This document shows, one piece after another, positions 26,093 to 39,110 of a DNA stretch of 64,000 nt. The DNA lies in NCBI GenBank assembly GCA_951406725.2, contig OX597821.1:95604001-95668000 (forward strand), written 5' to 3'. Below the pieces are notes generated by a model that was not told the origin of the DNA, ran no database searches, and worked only from the letters and a program-made list of their open reading frames with translations. A program made the position numbers and the translations under genes. This stretch comes from Octopus vulgaris (taxonomy: Eukaryota). Within the stretch, counting starts at the first letter, position 1. Each line of letters starts with the position of its first letter.

Positions 26093-26689
26093 GAGAGAGA
26101 GAGAGAGAGATGTATATGCAGATACAAATTTATTTATAATAACATGTATTAAACAGTTTTCAAAAATCTAGCATCAGGTATACCACATAGTCAGCAGTGG
26201 GTGGGTGTTTTATCTCTCGACAAATGTCACCTCACCTCATGTAACATTACAAACACACACCTTAATATCATGACGGGACTATTATATAAAACAGTCAGCC
26301 TGCTGTGTAGGACATTAAGGTTTGTGGCTAATGTAGTAATTAAACATGTTGAAACCTTCATTAATGTAACGTGCGCTATTTTGTTTAACGTTCTTTGCCG
26401 AAAGAAACTTTGCCTTTTATCTTTCCAGTGGCGATGAGATTAAAGTAGTAATCAAGTATTGAAGTCGATATAACCAACAAAACTCCACCTCCGCCATATT
26501 TCTAGCCTTGTGCTTATGTTAGGAAAGTATTTATTTTTTTGGAAAAATTGCTAGGGCGTCGAAATAAAAAAAAAATGCTTTGATGTATTCGTTCCGGTAC
26601 TTTATTGCTCTCAGTTCAAATACCATGGAGGAGGTTGATTAAAAACCACGGGGACTGATTAAAACAAAGTACCGGTCAAGTGCTGGGGT

Positions 26690-27710
26690 TAATGCTGGCA
26701 GAATCGTTAGCACACAGGGCAAAATGCTTAGCGGCATTTCATCTGTCTTTACGTCGAATTCAAATTCCGCCGAGGTCAACTTTACCTTTCAACCTTTCAG
26801 GGTCGATTAAATAAATAAGTACCAGCTGAGTACTAAGGTCGATGTAATCGACTAGCCCCCTCCCCGACAAAAATTTCAGGCCTTCTGTCTATAAGTAGAA
26901 AGAATTATTAATGCTTAGCGGTATTTCGTCTGCCGTTACGTTCTGAGTTCAAATTCCGCCGAGGTCGACTTTGCCTTTCATCCTTTTGGGGTCGATTAAA
27001 TAAGTACCAGTTACGCACTGGGGTCGATATAATCGACTTAATCTGTTTGTCTGTCCTTGTTTGTCCCCTCTGTGTGTAGCCCCTTGTGGCAGAATTGTTA
27101 GCATGCTGAGCAATATGCTTAGGAGTATTTCGCCCGTTGCGACGTTCAAGTTCAGAGTCGAGAAATTAAGTACCAGTTAAACACTGGGGTTGATGTAATC
27201 GTCTAGTCCCCCCCCCCCCACACACACACTCACAAATTTCAGGCTTCGTTGCTATAGTAGAAAGGATAATTATTATTATTAAGGCAGCAAGTTGGCAGAA
27301 CCATTAGCATGCCAGGTAAAAAGTTCAGCAGCATTTTGTCCGCTTTATGAATTCAAATTCTGTTGAGGACGACTTTGCCTTCCAGGGTCAAGAAAATATC
27401 TAACCAGTTGAGTACTGGGATCAATGTAATCGATTACGCCCCTCCCACCAAATTTCAGGCCTTGTACCTTTAGAAGAAAGGATTATTATTATTATTTGAG
27501 CTCATGGAATTGTTAGTATGTTGAACAAAAATCCTTAGTGGTATTTCTTCTGGGTTTATATTGAGTTCATATTTCGCCAAGGTTGACTTTGCCTTTCACC
27601 TGTTCAAGGTTGATAAAACAAATACCAGTTGAACCTGGCATCAATGAAATCAACTTACCCACTCACCTATAATAGCTGGGGAGCCCTTATGCCAAAATTC
27701 GAAATTATCA
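26690..27710 (+). mobile_element. Tandem cluster of SINE family C (Meta-domain-like core)
   Basis: At least four head-to-tail copies of GGCAGAATCGTTAGCA...GAGTTCAAATTCCGCCGAGGTCGACTTTGCCTTTCATCC...GGGGTCGAT...AAGTACCAG. Other copies at ~33370-33570, 51920-52150, 57830-57990 and 59615-59825. Confidence 0.8.
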
Positions 27711-27871
27711 CTAATAATACATAGGCACAAGCAAGCACATTTTAAAATGAACCTCAGCAAGATTTGAACACAGAAAGTATGCTTTAGTTACAAATGAAGA
27801 AATGTTCTGAAGAGCAACAAGTGAGATTAAACAATTAGCTCCAAGACACAAGCCATACACATATATGCATC

Positions 27872-29004
27872 ATATGGAAAAATGTGAGCAAAAGAAATAA
27901 TATTCTTAAGATTATAAATCTGGAAAAGTACAGTATGAGTTATTACATTTGAAAAAGTCCAGGACAAGTTATTACATCTGGTAAAGGACAGAACAAGAAA
28001 ATTTTTGTTTAAAATATTGCAGCGAAAGATAAAATTTCAAAATATTTAGATTTAGAAAATCTTAGCTTTTATTAAAACTAAAAACTTCGTTACAGGTTAT
28101 TTTTATTTGCAGGTTATTATTTTTATTACAGGTTATTATTTTTATATGTTACTTCTATTAAAAATAATTCAAAATATTTTTTGCACTGCAAAAAAATTTA
28201 TTTTTTAAAATTATTAATTAAAAATTTCAAAATAGGTTATAAAAAATAGTAGTACATAATTAGTTCGTACAATAGATAGAATACAAAAATTAGCTATATA
28301 TTACAGTAAAATCTACCTATAACAACAAATTCACAGTACAATTTGCTTGAGTTATTATTGTTTAAGTTACAGCCAAGTCTTCATATTTTTAGTTTTGAAC
28401 AATGCCTATTTTTGACATAATGAATTTGCCTACCATATATACTATTCTACTTTGCATAAAACTTTAGCTATATTGGTACTTCTGGCTCTCACTTTTTAAG
28501 TATTCTAGTGTGTCAATATTTTAACAAAATGATGGTACCTTTTTTTAATTATACTCTTTTACTTGTTTCAGTCATTTGACTGCGGCCATGCTGGAGCACC
28601 ACCTTTAGTCAAGCAACTTGACCCCGGGACTTATTCTTTGTAAGCCCAGTACTTATTCTATCGGTCTCTTTTGCCGAACCGCTAAGTGACGGGGACGTAA
28701 ACACACCAGCATCGGTTGTCAAGCAATGCTAGGAGGACAAACACAGACACACAAACATACACGCACACATACATATATATATACATGTATACGACGGGCT
28801 TCTTTCAGTTTCCGTCTACCAAATCCACTCACAAGGCTTTTTAATATTCAAATTTTATCCTTAGCTGCAACATTTTAAGTAAAAATTTTCTTGTTCTGAA
28901 CTTTATCAGATGTAATAACTTGCCCTGAATTTTTCCAAGTGTAATAACTTCTCCAGATTTATAATATTAAGAATATTATTTCTCTTGCTCACCTTTCTCC
29001 ATAT
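27872..29004. mobile_element. DNA transposon relic with ~170-bp TIRs, interrupted by a SINE
   Basis: 27872-28048 is the diverged reverse complement of 28841-29004; a family-B SINE is inserted at ~28552-28840. Confidence 0.75.
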
Positions 29005-29947
29005 AATCCATGTTTTTTTCCAGACAATGCTAATTAATAATGTGTCAAATGTGTCAATTCACGGTGTCAATAAATTTTTTCCATACCTCAATGATGCTGG
29101 TGACATTAAAAGTCTCCTAGAACTATATTCATAAAACCCTCAAATTTGAGAAACAAACACTAATAACTTAAAATTTCATTGCATTAAATTGATACCACGA
29201 AATTCCTCGAATTGAGCTCTATCATTTAAGCTTAATTAAAATATAGTTTGTTTTTAAAATAAAAAAAGTTAATTAAACTTAAATCTAATTTTTTGCCTTA
29301 TATCTTTTCATGATATTTTACCTCAACTTTTTTGATACATATTTTTGTTGTATGGGACCAAAACTATGACATTTTTCATGCTTTCTTCTATCATTGAAAC
29401 TAATATATATATATATATATATATTACTTTTAAAAATAAAAAAGTTTGTTTGATTAGTGGTGTTACTCCTCTATAACGTCGCTACAAATTTTGATGTAAA
29501 CTTTTTACTACTGGACCAAATCTCAATTCTTTTAATGCCAAAATGTAGCTAGGGACCAGTCCTCTTCAAAAATGTTAACGGTTTTCCATTTGGCTAAGAA
29601 TTGAATTAGCAACAAGCTCTGAAAGATGCTGCATTTGAGTAAATTGCGGCCTTAAGAATATTATTCAACTACTATAGCAGTTGAATGATATAGGTGAAAG
29701 TAGGTGTTGTGGCTGCATGCAATGGTTTTACTTACAAAACAGAAAGTAAATTATTTTTGCTGTGTAATTGAGGAGAGCAATGTTCATGCCACTTTATTCT
29801 TTCAGAGCCCCTCCGAGATTGGCAAAAGGAAGTTGTCATCAAACAGGATGACCAGCTTGCAACAGAATGAACTTCTTATAGCTAGGCCTATGCATATATG
29901 TATGTATATACTAGGCCTAAGCATATATGTATGTGTATAAATATATA

Positions 29948-30152
29948 CGACATTCAAAATGTGACTGCGTGTGTACCGTTGGCGATTTTTTTCCTCTGTC
30001 TTCCCTTCTCTGGATCTTTCCTTCTCCTATGTTTCCGACGAAGAGCTACGCTCAAAACGTTATAGCCTCCTTTCCTGAGCGTCCAATAATACTATATTTG
30101 TTCCATGTCCTCGCGTTGTGTTTTTTTGTGCTTTCCTGTTTGGATTAACTTT
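29948..30152 (+). mobile_element. Penelope-like terminal remnant with degenerate hammerhead
   Basis: CTAT-gttt-CCGACGA-AGAGCtacGCTC-aAAACGTT-ATAG at 30027-30065; (TA)n flanks. Confidence 0.55.
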
Positions 30153-30182
30153 TATATATACATATATATTTATATATATATA

Positions 30183-30669
30183 GGAAAGCACTGAAGGAGG
30201 CCAAACTCAACATTAAGATTGTTGAAAAGCCAGGGAGCTCCATCAGATCACAACTAAGTAGGACGTACCCCTTTGAGAATACCACAAGCACCAATGATAA
30301 CTGCATTAACTGTAAAACTAAACATGTAGTCTACAACATAAGTTGCATAGAGGGTATTTGCAAAGACAAGAAATACACACAGGTGAGACATCTAGAAGCA
30401 TTGCAGAATGACTAAATGAACATTTGAGACAATATGACAGCAACAAACAGTCCTCCATACTCTACCAACATGCCAAAGACGAGTGTGGAGACACACTGGG
30501 TCAACTTGACATCTACATTTTATCCAAGCACCCAAAGGACCCAATACTCAGACAAGTACAGGAGTATGTCTTCATAAATGAAACATCTCCAGTACTAAAT
30601 AGGAAATATATGTAGAAGGCAGTCATACCCCAATATCCACAGTTTATACAGAGTAGTTAGTAGACTGTA

Positions 30670-30670
<1 letters not shown>
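30183..30670 (+). mobile_element. Penelope-like GIY-YIG endonuclease remnant
   Basis: Frameshifted VVYNISC..IC..KY..GETSRSIAE*LNEH ... SILYQH, typical of PLE GIY-YIG domains; (TA)n flanks. Confidence 0.75.
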
Positions 30671-30709
<39 letters not shown>

Positions 30710-31159
30710 TGATGGCAATGGGAGTAATAAGAGAGAGAAAGAGGGAGGTGGTGTACAACTTTCTTGGACAGAAATTCCTGTGGTCAGCATATCGAACCAA
30801 CTACTGAACACTATCATTTTTGTTTTATTTTTTGCTTTAATACATACATATATATGTGTGTGTGTGTGTCTGTCGGTATATACACACACACATACATATA
30901 TAAAATACAGTTTAAAATACAACAATTGCAGCACAGAATTTTGTCAGTGAACAGGTTGCAGTCTCAAAGCGACGAAAATATTTTGACAAATTAAATTTAA
31001 ATGTTGAAGTGAATCTAACGGTTTTTGTCTTTCTTAAATGGCATATAAACACCTTCCATGCTGCAATTGTTTTCGTTCTAGCACGCAATCTCAGATCAGG
31101 TCACTTGCTATGCAAGTACATCTCTGTAATTGAAATACAGTTTACCCAAAATAAAACAT

Positions 31160-31520
31160 ATCTAATATAATAAATGTGAATGTCAGGGTGTCACACTTTT
31201 TCAACTTTACTCCTAGAGGCCGTAGCCCACCATATCATACCATTTTGAAATCAGGCTGACTGTGAGTAAATTAAAAATATCCCAGGCCAAATCCAAACCT
31301 GCAACCCTGAAATTTTAGCTTCCTATGTTTCCATTACTGGGATTGTTTTCAGCGATTTGTTTTACATGATTTTTAGCAACGAATATGATCATCATTGGGA
31401 TATGATTCTGGAGGAAGCAATTGCAACAAATTCCCCAAACCAAGCCAGGGATCTGTTTGCAGATCTTCCCATTAAGGGTCAGTTGCTTAAAAGCTACCCA
31501 ATAGGGCAGCATTTAAGCAA

Positions 31521-31522
<2 letters not shown>
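31160..31522 (+). mobile_element. Helitron remnant
   Basis: 5' TCTAATATAATAAATGTGAATGT Helitron-like start; peptide DHHWDMILEEAIATNSPNQARDLFA resembles the RepHel W...L.EA....SP.Q.R.LFA segment. Confidence 0.65.
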
Positions 31523-31572
<50 letters not shown>

Positions 31573-31575
<3 letters not shown>

Positions 31576-31958
31576 CACAGGAGTGGCTGTGTGGTAAGTA
31601 GCTTGTTTACCAACCACATGGTTCCGGGTTCAGTCCCACTGTGTGGCACCTTGGGCAAGTGTCTTCTACTATAGCCTCGGGCCAACCAAAGCCTTGTGAG
31701 TGGATTTGGTAGATGGAAACTGAAAGAAGCCCGTCGTATATATGTATATATATGCGTGTGTGTGTTTGTCCCCCTAGCATTGCTTGACAACCGATGCTGG
31801 TGTGTTTATGTCCCCGTTACTTAGCGGTTCAGCAAAAGAGACCGATAGAATAAGTACTGGGCTTACAAAAGAATAAGTCCCGGGGTCGAGTTGCTTGATT
31901 AAAGGCGGTGCTCCAGCATGGCCGCAGTCAAATGACTGAAACAAGTAAAAGAGTAAAG
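31573..31958 (+). mobile_element. tRNA-derived SINE with CORE-like domain (family B), near full length
   Basis: A box TGGCTGTGTGGTAAG, B box GGTTCAGTCC, CORE-like CACCTTGGGCAAGTG, internal (TA)/(TG) tract, GTAAAAGA tail. Another plus copy at ~608-970. Confidence 0.88.
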
Positions 31959-32415
31959 AGTATATACATACACACATCTATATATATATACACATTATCA
32001 GCATCATTGTTTAACGTCCTCCTTCCATGCTGGCATGGGTTGGACGGTTTGACAGGAGCTGGCCATGCAGAAGCTTGCATCAGGCTTCTGTGTGTTTTGG
32101 CAGGGGTTTACAGTTGAATGTCCTTCCTAACACCAACCATTCTAACACCAAAGTTGACAGTGCTTTTTACACGGCACAAGCACAGGTGAGGTCAGTTTGG
32201 CATGGTTTTTACAGCTGGATGCCCTTCCAAACACACACACACGCAAGGTTTGATAAAAGAAATACTGGGACTGTTGCTGTGGTTAAAAAGCTAAGGTACA
32301 CAGTGAAGCCACTTAGCACAGATTGACCTTGAACCCTCAGGCATGCACACAACATCATAATGTTCTCACCCATTTCTGTTGTTTATAACAGTACTTGATA
32401 ATAAAGTGTATAGAG

Positions 32416-32614
32416 CAGTGCTTTTCAAACTTGTTGCTGGAGTGGAACCCCAAGGAAACATTCCACTGGCTCGAGGAACCCCTGTGCAATAATTTAATAG
32501 TTTTATGCACACATATCTGCACAGGAGAATTAAAAATCAGTCGATTTTAGTAGTTTTGTAACTTCTTGCGGAACCCCTGGACTGTGCTGGCGAAACCCTG
32601 GTTGAAAACCACTG
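32416..32614. mobile_element. hAT (Charlie-like) MITE
   Basis: TIR CAGTGCTTTTCAA / TTGAAAACCACTG with perfect 8-bp TSD GTATAGAG (32408-32415 and 32615-32622). Confidence 0.92.
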
Positions 32615-33169
32615 GTATAGAGTGTGGTCATTTCAAAGAAAATTGGGTTCCAGATGCACAGGATCTCCTTGATTGTATTGAGGAAGACAAAATGTTTGAA
32701 AACAGTCATAACAAGTGCCGATCTATGGCTGTGACCCAGAAACCAAAGGTCAGTCTTACACAATGGTAGACCTCCCATCCCCGACAAGATTTTCAAGAAA
32801 ATGCATCAAGGCAGCTGACCGCTATCCCAAAGAAGGAGTGGCAGGAATGCTTCCATTGATGGAAACAATGCTGGATAAAGTGTGTGGCTTCAAAAAGGGG
32901 ATTATTTTGAAGGAGATTAAATGCCAAATTGATATATGTTTTAGTCTTTTTTATAGCACCAATCCTCAATACTTTTTGATCAGACCTCATATGTATGTGT
33001 GTGTGTGTATACACACAAAGACAATAATAAACGGCTGAAAATATTTAATGGGAAACATCCAATACTCTTTCAATTCAATCAGTACTTTAAGACCAAAGCA
33101 CACAAAATATGTATATGTATGTGCATACACACACACACGTATATATAAATAGACATATACACAGATATG

Positions 33170-35830
33170 TGACTTTAATGGATATGTTAGGCAACATAAC
33201 GATGGCTATTCCAATGTACATGGAGGCTATGATTATGGCACATTGAATAGAGAGGGATCACAGTTCATGAGATTTTGAGATGCAAATGACCAGGAAAACA
33301 ACCAGCCAACTGATCAACTAGCAGGTAAAGAGACAATCCAGATAGACTTCATACTCACCGCAAAGTGAATTTTGGCACAAGGCTAGCAATTTGGGAAAGA
33401 AGAGATAGTCAACTACAGTGATCCCAGTGCTCAACTAGTACTTACTTTTACCAATCCTGAAAGGATGAAAGGCAAAGTGAACCTTGGCAGGAGTTGAACT
33501 CTGAAGGTAAAGAGCTGGAAGAAAGGCTGCATAACATTTCATTTGAGCCAATGTTTCAGCCAGCTCACCATGAAATGATAAATTTAGTCTTTCTCTGGTG
33601 GAAATGTAACACTCATCATAGACTAGTTGTAACATCAGAATAAGAGCTAAGAAGGATCCAGAGATGCAAGTCAATCCACAGAAGGAAGACACAAAAGCTG
33701 AAAGTACCTTGAGCAACACATAGATTCAAAGAAATACTAGGTGACATATTCACTGAGAAGGATGAGCAAAACAACTAGGAGCTTCTGCAAGACAATCTAC
33801 AGTAAATCACAAACCAGATCTGTAAATTGAACATGTTTCAAGCCAAGCAGAAAGCAAACTGGTGGTGAAATGGTATGGTAGATAGAATCATAAAAGCTAA
33901 GGTATAGACCTGGAAAGTATACAAGAAAGAGGGGAACAATAACTGGGAGCCAGAAGAGAAAACATAAGTCAAGTGTATTCAGTAAGGACAGAATCAGAAA
34001 GTAAAAGGTGTTTTGTCAATGTTCTGAAGTAAGAAGATCAACACTGTGGCATGTTATGGATCAAGAGGTCATTTGTAAAAAAATATTTACATAATGACAG
34101 CAGTAGAATTGCCCTCACTAACACTAGGAAGAAGGAGATATGCAAATGCTATTCTAAGAGGTTTCTAAATGAAGGGAATATACATGAAAGAAGACAGGAT
34201 TACCCCAAGTAGATCCAACTATTAAAATTAACAATAGTTTCTCAAAAGTACAGTGAAAGCAGAGTAAAACCACTTGACCATCAGAGATAGTAGCCGGTGT
34301 GTTGAAGATATCTGGCAAAGTTGAGAATGTGTTAGTCACTCACATAGTCAATCAAGAGGTACATAAGACATTTGCAAAGACTGGTATAGCAGTGTCATCA
34401 TCAACAGCTAGAAGAGCAAAGATGATCATCATAAAAAGAAGCAATTATAAGAAGCATTTAATTAATAAACCAAGTTACAAAAGTAACAGAGTTATAGCAC
34501 AATTAATTAGAAAGAAAATTATCTTAGATTAGATTACAGTTCAAGTTTGTACCAATACTAAGTATCACTGATCTCCTCTTTCCAGTAAGAAAACTACAGG
34601 AGAAAATATTTAGCAAAGAGCAATTCATTATACCTAGCATCTGTTGGTCTGGAAGTGGATTTGACAAGGTACCACACTCAGGAGTCTAGTAGTCATCATC
34701 ATCATCGTTTAACGTCCGTTTTCCGCGCTAGCACGGGTTGGACGGTTCGACAGGGGTCTGGGAAGCCAGGGGCTGCACTAGGCTCCAGTCTGATCTGGCA
34801 GAGTTTCTACAGCTGGATGCCCTTCCTAACGCCAACCACTCCGCGAGTCTAGTAGTCACAAAATAAACAAAGTGTAGATGGAGAGCTGTGAAAACCATCA
34901 AAGTGAGAGTTGACAATAAGTTCAGGCACAGGTAAGGGAACTACTTCATGTTGATGCCCTAGTTCTCATAAATGAATTAAAGAATTAGAGAAGAAATTTC
35001 TAATACCAAGGTAAGGTTTAGAATTGAAAGAACTTAGAGTAAATCAAACAAAGGAGAAAGAATTAATAAGCAAGAAAGACAACAGGACACTACTGAACAT
35101 GTTTAATATGCAGAAAAGGAGTTGGTAGGAACTTGATATTGTGCACACAGTGTAAACTATAAGAGCAAAAGAGATGAAGAGGGATCAAGCCAGGTTGACA
35201 GAGAAGAAAGATTTTACTGTGTGCAGTAGTTAGTAGAAGCACATACAAAATAATTAAACATGTGCAAGCTTCCCAGAAGTAGACAATAGCTTCTACGACC
35301 CTGATCATCTAATGAGCAGAGAAGGATGGTGTTCTGAAACCATAATAGCCAAAGTAAGACCCAGGTGAGAAAAGGTCGGGGAGCAATTACCTCTTCTGGC
35401 AACATGAAGATTCCTTTTTAGAGTTCACTGTAGATTGTATGATGTTTATGTAATAAGTGCTATGTCACATGTTAGTGAAAAATGGGCATAGAATCCTGTG
35501 AAGGCTAGAAAGAAATGAGGTGAACATGCTCAGCTGTATATTAGTGAGCATAAATGAGCTGAGAGTAAAACCAAGTTAAAAACAAGTGAGATTTGTGCAA
35601 GGGAGAAGTTTTTAGTTTGTATGGACATGTGATGCTTATAGAGGACATCAATTGGGTAAAGAAGTACCAAGTGATCCAAGCTGAAGGAACATTCAGAAGA
35701 AGACCAAGGAAGACATGGAAAGAAAGGTAAGATGATCTCAATAGGCTGAACCCTATGATAAAGGAGACAAAGAACCACAATTGGTGGAGATGGACTGGAT
35801 AAGACATCACTGAAGACTACAAATTGTAAT
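33170..35830 (+). mobile_element. Old, heavily degraded RTE-clade LINE with nested SINEs
   Basis: Purine-rich plus strand, a decayed YADD-like segment near 34945 and RRRPRKTW near 35700; no intact ORF. Confidence 0.6.
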
Positions 35831-36100
35831 TTCATCACTCTATACCTCTCATCCCATTCTATATGTACCAAAGAGAATGGCCCAAACTATAGCGTATGGG
35901 TCACACTCTGAGAAGGTGATTGATATACACAGTAAACTAATCTATGCAATTTGCATTTCTCCTTGCCCATATTTCCTTTCAATGGGGAGAAAAGAACATT
36001 CTAGTGCACAAGAAACAGCTACCAATCACAGTAATAAATACATAATGCATATGTGTGCATGTGTGTGTAAATGTACATTTCCAAAGGTCTAAGGGATTAT

Positions 36101-36484
36101 GAAAGGAAGCACTCCGTCGGTTATGACGACGAGGGTTCCGGTTGATCTGAATCAACAGAACAGCCTGCTCGTGAAATTAACGTGTAAGTGGCTGAGCACT
36201 CCACTGACACGTGTACCCTTAACGTAGTTCTCGGGGATATTCAGCGTGACACAGAGAGTGACAAGGCCGGCCCTTTGAACTACAGGTACAACAGAAACAG
36301 GAAGTAAGAGTGAGAGAAAGTTGTGGTGAAAGTACAGCAGGGATCACCACCATCCCCTGCCGGAGCCTCGTGGAGCTTAGGTGTTTTCACTCAATAAACA
36401 CTCACAACGCCCGGTCTGGGAATCGAAACCGCGATCCTATGACCGCAAGTCTGCTGCCCTAACCACTGGGCCATTGCGCCTCCA
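36101..36484 (-). mobile_element. Full-length tRNA-derived SINE (family D) with TSD
   Basis: Head GGAGGCGCAATGGCCCAGTGGTTAGGGC...GGTTTCGATTCC (A and B boxes); 11-bp TSD TAAGGGATTAT at 36090-36100 and 36485-36495; CpGs retained, so a young copy. Confidence 0.9.
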
Positions 36485-38229
36485 TAAGGGATTATAAGAG
36501 AACATTGGTAAGTTCGGATTTTATAACATGAGGAGAATGAGGCAGAAATCTGGATAAGACAATAGTATACCAGAGATGAGATGTCACTTTTGATCTGATA
36601 CCTATTCTGGCTGACAGATAAGTGAACAGAAATAAGAATAAAGTGTTTTGTTTTGAAGTTCAACAAGCAACCTACAAAAGACTTGAATCCATGACCAATG
36701 AATAAATTGTTCTAATACCTTATCTGCTCAGCCATCTCACTCTGTGAATGTGAGTCATATCATCATTATTTCACATGCTTTACATGTTGGCATGATTCAA
36801 ATCAGTCACTATGGTCTGAGCCAGCTTCATTTACTGCCTTCCAAGAAGGGTTAACCCTATACATCCTCTAATATGTAAAAATGAACAAACAAACAGCACA
36901 ACAATAGATATACCTAAACTAACCACTCCCCCTAATTTATTAGGAATTGAACGCAAAATAGCATAAGCCGGACCCCCCCCCCTGGCACCTGTGCAGGTGG
37001 CACGTAAAAAGCACCCACTACACTCGCGGAGTGGTTGGCGTTAGGAAGGGCATCCAGCTGTAGAAACTCTGCCAGATCAGACTGGAGGGAGCCTGGTGCA
37101 GCCCCTGGCTTCCCAGACCCCGGTCGAACCATCCAACCCGTGCTAGCGCGAAAAACGGACGTTAAACGATGATGATGATGAAACAAACTCATACATTTCA
37201 CTTGCCATAGCTTAGGCTGGATGCCTTTCCCTAACAGTAACCACTATGTTCACTAAGGGCTACGTGGCCAAGGAGGTAAATAGTAATGACAATAATGATA
37301 GAAGAAGGGACAGATGTGGAACAAGTGTGTGATAGCAGAAAGAGAGTGAATGGGATATGTTGGTTGAAGGGGTGAAGAACTGATGGATGATAATAAAAGG
37401 GGATAAATGATAAGCATGAATGATGAATTTCAATGCAGGTATTCCAAGAATTGGAGGCAATATAGGAGAAGGTAACAGCAGAGTGTATGAAATAAATGCA
37501 CACCTGGGTATAGGTTAAAAAAAAGGAGCAAGTGATGAGTAGCAATAAAGGGAGAAACAAATGTCGATGGACTGTGATAGAGAGGGAAGAGAGCACCACG
37601 GTTAGCCATCATAGCATGAGAAGTGGAACTATCATCATCATCATTTAACGTGTGTTCTCAATGCTAGCATGGGTTGGACGGTTCAACTGGGGTCTGGGAA
37701 GCCAGGAGGCTGCACCAGGCTCCAGTCAGATCTGGCAGTGTTTCTACAGCTGGATGCCCTTCCTAACGCCAACCACTCCGTGAGTGTAGTGGGTGCTTTT
37801 TACATGCCACCTGCACAGGTGCCAGACGAAGCTGGCAAACGGCTACGATCGGATGGTGCTTTTTACGTGCCACTGGTACGGGGGCAGACGAGGCTGGCAA
37901 CGGCCACGATCGGATGGTGCTTTTTACGTGCCAATTTTGCTATTGTGCTGTAGATAGTCAAGTTTTGCAGTAATATAGGGCTACTACAGTCCTTTTTACA
38001 GAGCCTGATCCAAGTTTTACTAGCTTTAAAAATTCTTTGGAGATAATTGATAAAGTGTTCACTATTATAGACTTCAGAAAAACAAGAGATAATCAAATAT
38101 GCCTCTTGTAATGTGGCTTTTGTTTCTTCTTTTTACCAGCTGAGTCTAAAGGAAAAGGCAATGTCTGTGACACCCTTAGGTATTCTGAAACCAGTAAGGC
38201 TGACCATTTCAACTGTTGTAGGTCAACAC

Positions 38230-39110
38230 CAGTAGGAAAGGCATGAGCAAGGAGGAGATTTCAAAGTGGTGATGTTCTGGGCAAAATGACTGGTCAGAGT
38301 GGCTAATGTAAGGTGATGTGGGATGGGAGTGGACACAATAAGTGTGGTAAAAGGAGGAGAGATGGATGGGGTCAACAGTACCTGAGTGGTGGAGATGTGA
38401 TACCAGTCACAGTAGAGGCTCTTATAGCAGCAATATAAAGGTGGAAAGAGGAAACAGCATGCTAGTAATCCAGAAGCTGGAGTGTGTCCTTTTATGATTG
38501 AATGCCACTCACTCGAGTGGCCCTTCCTTGGTTGCAGTGCAGGATATCTGTATATTTAATGGCAGCACTGTCCAACATGTGGATGCAGTACTTCATTGTG
38601 AACCTCACCTGAGCCTTGTAGAGTGAGTGACTATTGGGGACTGAAATAACTTTTGGCTCCGTGGAGAAAGGCTAGTCTTTGGGATGTAGTCCTAGCTAGG
38701 CTAAGAAAGTGCTTCTACCAGGAGAGATGGGGCTCTAGCTGAGTGCTGCACATGTCCAGAGGAGAAGGGTGCAGTGGTATTTTCTTTCTATGAGTGGTGC
38801 TAGAGTATTTTTACTGCTAAAAGAGACAAGGCTAGCACAGAGAGCGCTCTCGAGATGTTTGTTATGAAATCAATACAGGTTGCATATGGATGAAGCATGA
38901 TCAGCAAAACTTAGGAGGAATGAAGAGTCATGCCATCTGCATAAGACTTTGTGTTGGTTGTAGCAGCAACTAGGTCAATAATGTATAGAAAAAATAGAGA
39001 GGGGAGGACAACCTGAACCCCCTAACATACAGAGAAATCAATACAGGTTAAGTATAGAGTAAGAATTTTTAGCATTGGTACAGAAGAGACCTTCAGAGTT
39101 AATGCTCACT
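38230..39110 (-). mobile_element. CR1/Jockey-group LINE remnant
   Basis: Minus-strand TLYKAQVRFTMKYCIHM matches LYKAQVRP.MEYCSH.W of post-RT regions; a related plus-strand 3' fragment lies at ~39500-39900. Confidence 0.7.

Noticed and set aside
36410-36484. tRNA-like sequence on minus
   Set aside because: It is the head of a SINE with body, tail and 11-bp TSD, and has no proper acceptor stem.
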